Shown here: positions 12,241 through 23,300 of the stretch, piece by piece
Numbering within the stretch: the stretch's first letter is position 1
Layout: each line of letters starts with the position of its first letter
Source of the DNA: Eledone cirrhosa
Lineage: Eukaryota
Reading direction: 5' to 3'
Length of the DNA stretch: 64,000 nt
NCBI GenBank assembly: GCA_964016885.1
Contig: OZ024743.1
Coordinates: 218,736,001-218,800,000, forward strand
The notes under the pieces: model-generated
What the model was told of the DNA's origin: nothing
Databases searched by the model: none
What the model saw: the letters and a program-made list of their open reading frames with translations, nothing else
Program-made: the position numbers and the translations under genes

Positions 12241-15200
12241 GGTCAGGTGCGTGTGAAAGAGAGGTGATGTTTGGGTGAAAGTGAGGTAAGGTGTGTGTGT
12301 AAGAGAGGTGAGGTGTGTGTGAAAGAGAGGTGAGGTGTGTGTGAAAGTGAGGTGAGGTGTGTGTGAAAGTGAGGGGAGGTGTGTGTGAAAGTGAGGTGAG
12401 GTGTGTGTGAAAGTGAGGTAAGGTGTGTGAAAGTGAGGTGAGGTGTGTGTGAAAGTGAGGTAAGGTGTGTGTGTAAGAGAGGTGAGGTGTGTGTGAAAGT
12501 GAGGTAAGGTCTGTGTGAAAGTGAGGTGAGGTGTGTGTGAAAGTGAGGTAAGGTGTGTGTGAAAGTGAGGTGAGGTGTGTGTGAAAGTGAGGTGAGGTGT
12601 ATGTGAAAGTGAGGCAAGGTGTGTCTGAGAGTGAGGTGAGGTGTGTGTGAAAATGAGGAAAGGTGTGTCTGAGAGTGAGGTGAGGTGTGTGTGAAAGTGA
12701 GGTAAGGTGTGTGTGAAAGTGAGGTGAGGTGTGTGTGGAAGTGAGGTGAGGTGTGTGTGGAAGTGAGGTGAGGTGTGTGTGTAAGAGAGGTGAGGTGTGT
12801 GTGTAAGAGAGGTGAGGCGTGTGTGAAAGTGAGGTAAGGTGTGTGTGAAAGAGAGGTGAGGTGTCTGTGAAAGTGAGGTGAGGTGTGTATGAAAGAGAGG
12901 TGAGGTGTGTGAAAGTGAGGTGAGGTGTGAAAGTGAGGTGAGGTGTGATGGTGAGGTAAGGTGTGTGTGAAAGTGAGGTAATGTGTGTGTGAAAGTGAGG
13001 TGAGGTGCGTGTGAAAATGATGTGAGGTATGTGTGAAAGTGTGGTAAGGTGTGTGTGAAAGTGAGGTGAGGTGTGTGTGAAAGTGAGGTGAGGTGTGTGT
13101 GAAAGAGAGGTCAGGTGTGTGTGAAAGAGAGGTCAGGTGTGTGTGAAAGAGAGGTGATGTTTGGGTGAAAGTGAGGAGAGGTGTGTGTGAAAGTGAGGTG
13201 AGGTGTGTGCGAAAGTGAGGTGAGGTGTGAGTGAAAGACAGGTCAGGTGTGTGTGAAACAGAGGTAAGGTGTGTGTGAAAGTGAGGTAAGGTGTGTGTCA
13301 AAGTGAGGTGAGGTGTGTGTGAAATTGAGGTGAGGTGTATGTGAAAGTGAGGTGAGGTGTGTGTGTAAGTGAGGTGAAGTGTGTGTGAAACAGAGGTGAG
13401 GTGTGTGTGAAAGAGAGGTAAGGTGTGTGTGAAAGTAAGGTGAGTTGTGTGTGAAAGTGAGGTGAAGTGTGTGTGAAAGTGAGGTGAGGTGTGTGTGAAA
13501 GTGAGGTAAGGTGTGTGTGAGAGTGAGGTGAGGTATGTGTGAGAGTGAGGTGAGGTGTGTGTGAAAGTGATGTAAGGTGTGTGTGAAAGTGAGGGGAGGT
13601 GTGTGTGAAAGTGAGGTAAGGTGTGTGTAAAAGTGAGGAAAGGTGTGTGTGAAAGTGAGCAAAGGTGTGTGTGAAATTGAGGTGAGGCGTGTGTGAAAGT
13701 GAGGTAAGGTGGGTGTGAAAATGAGGTAAGGTGTGTGTGAAAGTGAGGTGAAATGTGTGTAAAAGTGAGGTGAGGTGTGTGTGAAAGTGAGGTAGGTGTG
13801 AGTGAAAGAGAGGTGAGGTGTGTGTGAAAGAGAGGTGAGGTGTGTGTGAAAGTAAGGTAAGGTGTGGGTGAAAGTGAGGTGAGGTGTGTGTGTAAGAGAG
13901 GTGAGGTGTGTGTGAAAGTGAGGTGAGGTGTGTGTGAAAGTGAGGTAAGGTCTGTGTGAAAGTGAGGTGAGGTGTGTGTGAAAGTGAGGTGAGGTGTGTG
14001 TGAAAGTGAGGTAAGGTGTGTGAGAAAGTGAGGTGAGGTGTGTGTGAGAGTGAGGAAAGGTGTGTGTGAAAGTGAGGTGAGGTGTGTGTGAAAGAGAGGT
14101 AAGGTGTGTGTGAAAGTAAGGTGAGTTGTGTGTGAAAGTGAGGTGAGGTGTGTGTGAAAGTGAGGTGAGGTGTGTGTGAAAGTGAGGTAAGGTGTGTGTG
14201 AGAGTGAGGTGAGGTATGTGTGAGAGTGAGGTGAGGTGTGTGTGAAAGTGATGTAAGGTGTGTGTGAAAGTGAGGGGAGGTGTGTGTGAAAGTGAGGTAA
14301 GGTGTGTGTAAAAGTGAGGAAAGGTGTGTGTGAAAGTGAGCAAAGGTGTGGGTGAAATTGAGGTGAGGCGTGTGTGAAAGTGAGGTAAGGTGGGTGTGAA
14401 AGTGAGGTAAGGTGTGTGTGAAAGTGAGGTGAAATGTGTGTAAAAGTGAGGTGAGGTGTGTGTGAAAGTGAGGTAGGTGTGAGTGAAAGAGAGGTGAGGT
14501 GTGTGTGAAAGAGAGGTGAGGTGTGTGTGAAAGTAAGGTAAGGTGTGGGTGAAAGTGAGGTGAGGTGTGTGTAAAAGTGAGGAAAGGTGTGTGTGAAAGT
14601 GAGGTGAGGTGTGTGTGTAAGTGAGGTGAGGTGTGTGTGAAACAGAGGTGAGGTGTGTGTGAAAGTAAGGTGAGGTGTGTGTGAAAGTGAGGTGAGGTGT
14701 GTGTGAAAGTGAGGTGAGGTGTGTGTGAAAGTGAGGTGAGGTGTGTGTGAAAGTGAGGTGAGGTGTGTGTTAAAGTGAGGTGAGGTGTGTGTGAAAGTAA
14801 GGTAAGGTGTGTGTGTAAGAGAGGTAAGGTGTGTGTGAAAGTGGGGTGAGGTTGGTGTGAAAGACAGGTGAGGTGTGTGTGAAAGTGAGGTGAGGTGTGT
14901 GTGAAAATGATGTGGGGTGTGTGTGAAAGTGTGGTAAGGTGTGTGTGAAAGTGAGGTGAGGTGTGTGTGAAAGTAAGATCAGGCGTGAGTGAAACAGAGG
15001 TCAGGTGTGTGTGAAAGAGAGGTCAGGTGTGTGTGAATGTGAGGTAAGGTGTGTGTGAAAGAGAGGTGAGGTGTGTGTGAAAGAGAGGTCAGGTTTGTGT
15101 GAAAGAGAGGTCAGGTGCGTGTGAAAGAGAGGTGATGTTTGGGTGAAAGTGAGGTAAGGTGTGTGTGTAAGAGAGGTGAGGTGTGTGTGAAAGAGAGGTG

Positions 15201-17399
15201 AGGAGTGTGTGAAAGTGAGGTGAGGTGTGTGTGAAAGTGAGGGGAGGTGTGTGTGAAAGTGAGGTGAGGTGTGTGTGAAAGTGAGGTAAGGTGTGTGAAA
15301 GTGAGGTGAGGTGTGTGTGAAAGTGAGGTAAGGTGTGTGTGTAAGAGAGGTGAGGTGTGTGTGAAAGTTAGGTAAGGTCTGTGTGAAAGTGAGGTGAGGT
15401 GTGTGTGAAAGTGAGGTAAGGTGTGTGTGAAAGTGAGGTGAGGTGTGTGTGAGAGTGAGGAAAGGTGTGTGTGAAAGTGAGGTGAGGTGTGTGTGAAAGA
15501 GAGGTGAGGTGTGTGTGAAAGTGAGGTGAGGTGTGTGTGAAAGTGAGGCAAGGTGTGTCTGAGAGTGAGGTGAGGTGTGTGTGAAAGTGAGGTAAGGTGT
15601 GTGTGAAAGTGAGGTGAGGTGTGTGTGAAAGTGAGGTGAGGTGTGTGTGAAAGTGAGGAAAGGTGTGTCTGAGAGTGAGGTGAGGTGAGGTGTGTGTGAA
15701 AGTGAGGTAAGGTGTGTGTGAAAGTGAGGTGAGGTGTGTGTGGAAGTGAGGTGAGGTGTGTGTGTAAGAGAGGTGAGGCGTGTGTGAAAGTGAGGTAAGG
15801 TGTGTATGAAAGAGAGGTGAGGTGCGTGAAAGTGAGGTGAGGTGTGAAAGTGAGGTGAGGTGTGAGGGTGAGGTAAGGTGTGTGTGAAAGTGAGGTAATG
15901 TGTGTGTGAAAGTGAGGTGAGGTGCGTGTGAAAATGATGTGAGGTATGTGTGAAAGTGTGGTAAGGTGTGTGTGAAAGTGAGGTGAGGTGTGTGTGAAAG
16001 TGAGGTGAGGTGTATGTGTGAAAGAGAGGTCAGGTGTGTGTGAAAGAGAGGTCAGGTGTGTGTGAAAGAGAGGTGATGTTTGGGTGAAAGTGAGGAGAGG
16101 TGTGTGTGAAAGTGAGGTGAGGTGTGTGCGAAAGTGAGGTGAGGTGTGTGTGAAAGACAGGTCAGGTGTGTGTGAAACAGAGGTAAGGTGTGTGTGAAAG
16201 TGAGGTAAGGTGTGTGTGAAAGTGAGGTGAGGTGTGTGTGAAAGTGAGGTAAGGTGTGTGTGAGAGTGAGGTGAGGTATGTGTGAGAGTGAGGTGAGGTG
16301 TGTCTGAAAGTGATGTAAGGTGTGTGTGAAAGTGAGGGGAGGTGTGTGTGAAAGTGAGGTGAGGTGTGTGTGGAAGTGAGATGAGGTGTGTGTGAAAGTG
16401 AGGTAGGTGTGAGTGAAAGTGAGGTAAGGTGTGTGTGGAAGTGAGATGAGGTGTGTGTGAAAGTGAGGTAGGTGTGTGTGAAAGTGAGGTAAGGTGTGTG
16501 TAAAAGTGAGGAAAGGTGTGTGTGAAAGTGAGCAAAGGTGTGTGTGAAATTGAGGTGAGGCGTGTGTGAAAGTGAGGTAAGGTGTGTGTGAAAGTGAGGT
16601 AAGGTGCGTGTGAAAGTGAGGTGAAATGTGTGTAAAAGTGAGGTGAGGTGTGTGTGAAAGTGAGGTAGGTGTGAGTGAAAGAGAGGTGAGGTGTGTGTGA
16701 AAGACAGGTCAAGTGTGTGTGAAACAGAGGTAAGGTGTGTGTGAAAGTGAGGTGAGGTATGTGTGAGAGTGAGGTGAGGTGTGTCTGAAAGTGATGTAAG
16801 ATGTGTGTGAAAGAGAGGTAAGGTGTGTGTGAAAGTAAGGTGAGTTGTGTGTGAAAGTGAGGTGAGGTGTGTGTGAAAGTGAGGTGAGGTGTGTGTGAAA
16901 GTGAGGTAAGGTGTGTGTGAGAGTGAGGTGAGGTATGTGTGAGAGTGAGGTGAGGTGTGTGTGAAAGTGATGTAAGGTGTGTGTGAAAGTGAGGGGAGGT
17001 GTGTGTGAAAGTGAGGTAAGGTGTGTGTAAAAGTGAGGAAAGGTGTGTGTGAAAGTGAGCAAAGGTGTGTGTGAAATTGAGGTGAGGCGTGTGTGAAAGT
17101 GAGGTAAGGTGGGTGTGAAAGTGAGGTAAGGTGTGTGTGAAAGTGAGGTGAAATGTGTGTAAAAGTGAGGTGAGGTGTGTGTGAAAGTGAGGTAGGTGTG
17201 AGTGAAAGAGAGGTGAGGTGTGTGTGAAAGAGAGGTGAGGTGTGTGTGAAAGTAAGGTAAGGTGTGGGTGAAAGTGAGGTGAGGTGTGTGTAAAAGTGAG
17301 GTAAGGTGTGTGTGAAAGTGAGGTGAGGTGTGTGTGTAAGTGAGGTGAGGTGTGTGTGAAACAGAGGTGAGGTGTGTGTGAAAGTAAGGTGAGGTGTGT

Positions 17400-20300
17400 G
17401 TGAAAGTGAGGTGAGGTGTGTGTGAAAGTGAGGTGAGGTGTGTGTGAAAGTGAGGTGAGGTGTGTGTGAAAGTTAGGTGAGGTGTGTGTTAAAGTGAGGT
17501 GAGGTGTGTGTGAAAGTAAGGTAAGGTGTGTGTGTAAGAGAGGTAAGGTGTGTGTGAAAGTGGGGTGAGGTTGGTGTGAAAGAGAGGTGAGGTGTGTGTG
17601 AAAGTGAGGTGAGGTGTGTGTGAAAATGATGTGGGGTGTGTGTGAAAGTGTGGTAAGGTGTGTGTGAAAGTGAGGTGAGGTGTGTGTGAAAGTAAGATCA
17701 GGCGTGAGTGAAACAGAGGTCAGGTGTGTGTGAAAGAGAGGTCAGGTGTGTGTGAATGTGAGGTAAGGTGTGTGTGAAAGAGAGGTGAGGTGTGTGTGAA
17801 AGAGAGGTCAGGTTTGTGTGAAAGAGGTCAGGTGCGTGTGAAAGAGAGGTGATGTTTGGGTGAAAGCGAGGTAAGGTGTGTGTGTAAGAGAGGTGAGGTG
17901 TGTGTGAAAGAGAGGTGAGGTGTGTGTGAAAGTGAGGTGAGGTGTGTGTGAAAGTGAGGGGAGGTGTGTGTGAAAGTGAGGTGAGGTGTGTGTGAAAGTG
18001 AGGTAAGGTGTGTGAAAGTGAGGTGAGGTGTGTGTGAAAGTGAGGTAAGGTGTGTGTGTAAGAGAGGTGAGGTGTGTGTGAAAGTTAGGTAAGGTCTGTG
18101 TGAAAGTGAGGTGAGGTGTGTGTGAAAGTGAGGTAAGGTGTGTGTGAAAGTGAGGTGAGGTGTGTGTGAGAGTGAGGAAAGGTGTGTGTGAAAGTGAGGT
18201 GAGGTGTGTGTGAAAGAGAGGTAAGGTGTGTGTGAAAGTGAGGTGAGGTGTGTGTGAAAGTGAGGCAAGGTGTGTCTGAGAGTGAGATGAGGTGTGTGTG
18301 AAAGTGAGGTAAGGTGTGTGTGAAAGTGAGGTGAGGTGTGTGTGAAAGTGAGGTGAGGTGTGTCTGAGAGTGAGGTGAGGTGAGGTGTGTGTGAAAGTGA
18401 GGTAAGGTGTGTGTGAAAGTGAGGTGAGGTGTGTGTGGAAGTGAGGTGAGGTGTGTGTGTAAGAGAGGTGAGGCGTGTGTGAAAGTGAGGTAAGGTGTGT
18501 ATGAAAGAGAGGTGAGGTGCGTGAAAGTGAGGTGAGGTGTGAAAGTGAGGTGAGGTGTGAGGGTGAGGTAAGGTGTGTGTGAAAGTGAGGTAATGTGTGT
18601 GTGAAAGTGAGGTGAGGTGCGTGTGAAAATGATGTGAGGTATGTGTGAAAGTGTGGTAAGGTGTGTGTGAAAGTGAGGTGAGGTGTGTGTGAAAGTGAGG
18701 TGAGGTGTGTGTGAAAGAGAGGTCAGGTGTGTGTGAAAGAGAGGTCAGGTGTGTGTGAAAGAGAGGTGATGTTTGGGTGAAAGTGAGGAGAGGTGTGTGA
18801 AAGTGAGGTGAGGTGTGTGCGAAAGTGAGGTGAGGTGTGTGTGAAAGACAGGTCAGGTGTGTGTGAAACAGAGGTAAGGTGTGTGTGAAAGTGAGGTAAG
18901 GTGTGTGTCAAAGTGAGGTGAGGTGTGTGTGAAAGTGAGGTGAGGTGTGTGTGAAAGTGAGGTAAGGTGTGTGTGAGAGTGAGGTGAGGTATGTGTGAGA
19001 GTGAGGTGAGGTGTGTCTGAAAGTGATGTAAGGTGTGTGTGAAAGTGAGGGGAGGTGTGTGTGAAAGTGAGGTGAGGTGTGTGTGGAAGTGAGGTGAGGT
19101 GTGTGTGAAAGTGAGGTAAGGTGTGTGTAAAAGTGAGGAAAGGTGTGTGTGAAAGTGAGCAAAGCTGTGTGTGAAATTGAGGTGAGGCGTGTGTGAAAGT
19201 GAGGTAAGGTGTGTGTGAAAGTGAGGTGAGGCGTGTGTGAAAGTGAGGTAAGGTGTGTGTGTAAGTGAGGTGAGGCGTGTGTGAAAGTGAGGTAAGGTGT
19301 GTGTGAAAGTGAGGTAAGGTGTGTGTGAAAGTGAGGTGAAATGTGTGTAAAAGTGAGGTGAGGTGTGTGTGAAAGTGAGGTAGGTGTGAGTGAAAGAGAG
19401 GTGAGGTGTGTGTGAAAGAGAGGTGAGGTGTGTGTGAAAGTAAGGTAAGGTGTGGGTGAAAGTGAGGTGAGGTGTGTGTAAAAGTGAGGTAAGGTGTGTG
19501 TGAAAGTGAGGTGAGGTGTGTGTGTAAGTGAGGTGAGGTGTGTGTGAAACAGAGGTGAGGTGTGTGTGAAAGTAAGGTGAGGTGTGTGTGAAAGTGAGGT
19601 GAGGTGTGTGTGAAAGTGAGGTGAGGTGTGTGTGAAAGTGAGGTGAGGTGTGTGTGAAAGTTAGGTGAGGTGTGTGTTAAAGTGAGGTGAGGTGTGTGTG
19701 AGAGTAAGGTAAGGTGTGTGTGTAAGAGAGGTAAGGTGTGTGTGAAAGTGGGGTGAGGTTGGTGTGAAAGAGAGGTGAGGTGTGTGTGAAAGTGAGGTGA
19801 GGTGTGTGTGAAAATGATGTGGGGTGTGTGTGAAAGTGTGGTAAGGTGTGTGTGAAAGTGAGGTGAGGTGTGTGTGAAAGTAAGATCAGGCGTGAGTGAA
19901 ACAGAGGTCAGGTGTGTGTGAAAGAGAGGTCAGGTGTGTGTGAATGTGAGGTAAGGTGTGTGTGAAAGAGAGGTGAGGTGTGTGTGAAAGTGAGGTAAGG
20001 TGTGTGTGAAAGTGAGGTGAGGTGTGTGTGAAAGTGAGGTGAGGTGTGTGTGAAAGTGAGGAAAGGTGTGTCTGAGAGTGAGGTGAGGTGAGGTGTGTGT
20101 GAAAGTGAGGTAAGGTGTGTGTGAAAGTGAGGTGAGGTGTGTGTGGAAGTGAGGTGAGGTGTGTGTGTAAGAGAGGTGAGGCGTGTGTGAAAGTGAGGTA
20201 AGGTGTGTATGAAAGAGAGGTGAGGTGCGTGAAAGTGAGGTGAGGTGTGAAAGTGAGGTGAGGTGTGAGGGTGAGGTAAGGTGTGTGTGAAAGTGAGGTA

Positions 20301-23300
20301 ATGTGTGTGTGAAAGTGAGGTGAGGTGCGTGTGAAAATGATGTGAGGTATGTGTGAAAGTGTGGTAAGGTGTGTGTGAAAGTGAGGTGAGGTGTGTGTGA
20401 AAGTGAGGTGAGGTGTGTGTGTGAAAGAGAGGTCAGGTGTGTGTGAAAGAGAGGTCAGGTGTGTGTGAAAGAGAGGTGATGTTTGGGTGAAAGTGAGGAG
20501 AGGTGTGTGTGAAAGTGTGGTGAGGTGTGTGCGAAAGTGAGGTGAGGTGTGTGTGAAAGACAGGTCAGGTGTGTGTGAAACAGAGGTAAGGTGTGTGTGA
20601 AAGTGAGGTAAGGTGTGTGTCAAAGTGAGGTAAGGTGTGTGTGAAAGTGAGGTGAGGTGTGTGTGAAAGTGAGGTAAGGTGTGTGTGAGAGTGAGGTGAG
20701 GTATGTGTGAGAGTGAGGTGAGGTGTGTCTGAAAGTGATGTAAGGTGTGTGTGAAAGTGAGGTGAGGTGTGTGTGGAAGTGAGGTGAGGTGTGTGTGAAA
20801 GTGAGGTAAGGTGTGTGTAAAAGTGAGGAAAGGTGTGTGTGAAAGTGAGCAAAAATGTGTGTGAAATTGAGGTGAGGCGTGTGTGAAAGTGAGGTAAGGT
20901 GTGTGTGAAAGTGAGGTAAGGTGTGTGTGAAAGTGAGGTGAAATGTGTGTAAAAGTGAGGTGAGGTGTGTGTGAAAGTGAGGTAGGTGTGAGTGAAAGAG
21001 AGGTGAGGTGTGTGTGAAAGACAGGTCAGGTGTGTGTGAAACAGAGGTAAGGTGTGTGTGAAAGTGAGGTAAGGTGTGTGTCAAAGTGAGGTGAGGTGTG
21101 TGTGAAAGTGAGGTGAGGTATGTGTGAGAGTGAGGTGAGGTGTGTCTGAAAGTGATGTAAGATGTGTGTGAAAGAGAGGTAAGGTGTGTGTGAAAGTAAG
21201 GTGAGTTGTGTGTGAAAGTGAGGTGAGGTGTGTGTGAAAGTGAGGTGAGGTGTGTGTGAAAGTGAGGTGAGGTGTGTGTGAAAGTGAGGTGAGGTGTGTG
21301 TGAAAGTTAGGTGAGGTGTGTGTTAAAGTGAGGTGAGGTGTGTGTGAAAGTAAGGTAAGGTGTGTGTGTAAGAGAGGTAAGGTGTGTGTGAAAGTGGGGT
21401 GAGGTTGGTGTGAAAGAGAGGTGAGGTGTGTGTGAAAGTGAGGTGAGGTGTGTGTGAAAATGATGTGGGGTGTGTGTGAAAGTGTGGTAAGGTGTGTGTG
21501 AAAGTGAGGTGAGGTGTGTGTGAAAGTAAGATCAGGCGTGAGTGAAACAGAGGTCAGGTGTGTGTGAAAGAGAGGTCAGGTGTGTGTGAATGTGAGGTAA
21601 GGTGTGTGTGAAAGAGAGGTGAGGTGTGTGTGAAAGAGAGGTCAGGTTTGTGTGAAAGAGGTCAGGTGCGTGTGAAAGAGAGGTGATGTTTGGGTGAAAG
21701 TGAGGTAAGGTGTGTGTGTAAGAGAGGTGAGGTGTGTGTGAAAGAGAGGTGAGGTGTGTGTGAAAGTGAGGTGAGGTGTGTGTGAAAGTGAGGGGAGGTG
21801 TGTGTGAAAGTGAGGTGAGGTGTGTGTGAAAGTGAGGTAAGGTGTGTGAAAGTGAGGTGAGGTGTGTGTGAAAGTGAGGTAAGGTGTGTGTGTAAGAGAG
21901 GTGAGGTGTGTGTGAAAGTTAGGTAAGGTCTGTGTGAAAGTGAGGTGAGGTGTGTGTGAAAGTGAGGTAAGGTGTGTGTGAAAGTGAGGTGAGGTGTGTG
22001 TGAGAGTGAGGAAAGGTGTGTGTGAAAGTGAGGTGAGGTGTGTGTGAAAGAGAGGTAAGGTGTGTGTGAAAGTGAGGTGAGGTGTGTGTGAAAGTGAGGC
22101 AAGGTGTGTCTGAGAGTGAGATGAGGTGTGTGTGAAAGTGAGGTAAGGTGTGTGTGAAAGTGAGGTGAGGTGTGTGTGAAAGTGAGGTGAGGTGTGTCTG
22201 AGAGTGAGGTGAGGTGAGGTGTGTGTGAAAGTGAGGTAAGGTGTGTGTGAAAGTGAGGTGAGGTGTGTGTGGAAGTGAGGTGAGGTGTGTGTGTAAGAGA
22301 GGTGAGGCGTGTGTGAAAGTGAGGTAAGGTGTGTATGAAAGAGAGGTGAGGTGCGTGAAAGTGAGGTGAGGTGTGAAAGTGAGGTGAGGTGTGAGGGTGA
22401 GGTAAGGTGTGTGTGAAAGTGAGGTAATGTGTGTGTGAAAGTGAGGTGAGGTGCGTGTGAAAATGATGTGAGGTATGTGTGAAAGTGTGGTAAGGTGTGT
22501 GTGAAAGTGAGGTGAGGTGTGTGTGAAAGTGAGGTGAGGTGTGTGTGTGAAAGAGAGGTCAGGTGTGTGTGAAAGAGAGGTCAGGTGTGTGTGAAAGAGA
22601 GGTGATGTTTGGGTGAAAGTGAGGAGAGGTGTGTGAAAGTGAGGTGAGGTGTGTGCGAAAGTGAGGTGAGGTGTGTGTGAAAGACAGGTCAGGTGTGTGT
22701 GAAACAGAGGTAAGGTGTGTGTGAAAGTGAGGTAAGGTGTGTGTCAAAGTGAGGTGAGGTGTGTGTGAAAGTGAGGTGAGGTGTGTGTGAAAGTGAGGTA
22801 AGGTGTGTGTGAGAGTGAGGTGAGGTATGTGTGAGAGTGAGGTGAGGTGTGTCTGAAAGTGATGTAAGGTGTGTGTGAAAGTGAGGGGAGGTGTGTGTGA
22901 AAGTGAGGTGAGGTGTGTGTGGAAGTGAGGTGAGGTGTGTGTGAAAGTGAGGTAAGGTGTGTGTAAAAGTGAGGAAAGGTGTGTGTGAAAGTGAGCAAAG
23001 CTGTGTGTGAAATTGAGGTGAGGCGTGTGTGAAAGTGAGGTAAGGTGTGTGTGAAAGTGAGGTAAGGTGTGTGTGAAAGTGAGGTGAAATGTGTGTAAAA
23101 GTGAGGTGAGGTGTGTGTGAAAGTGAGGTAGGTGTGAGTGAAAGAGAGGTGAGGTGTGTGTGAAAGAGAGGTGAGGTGTGTGTGAAAGTAAGGTAAGGTG
23201 TGGGTGAAAGTGAGGTGAGGTGTGTGTAAAAGTGAGGTAAGGTGTGTGTGAAAGTGAGGTGAGGTGTGTGTGTAAGTGAGGTGAGGTGTGTGTGAAACAG

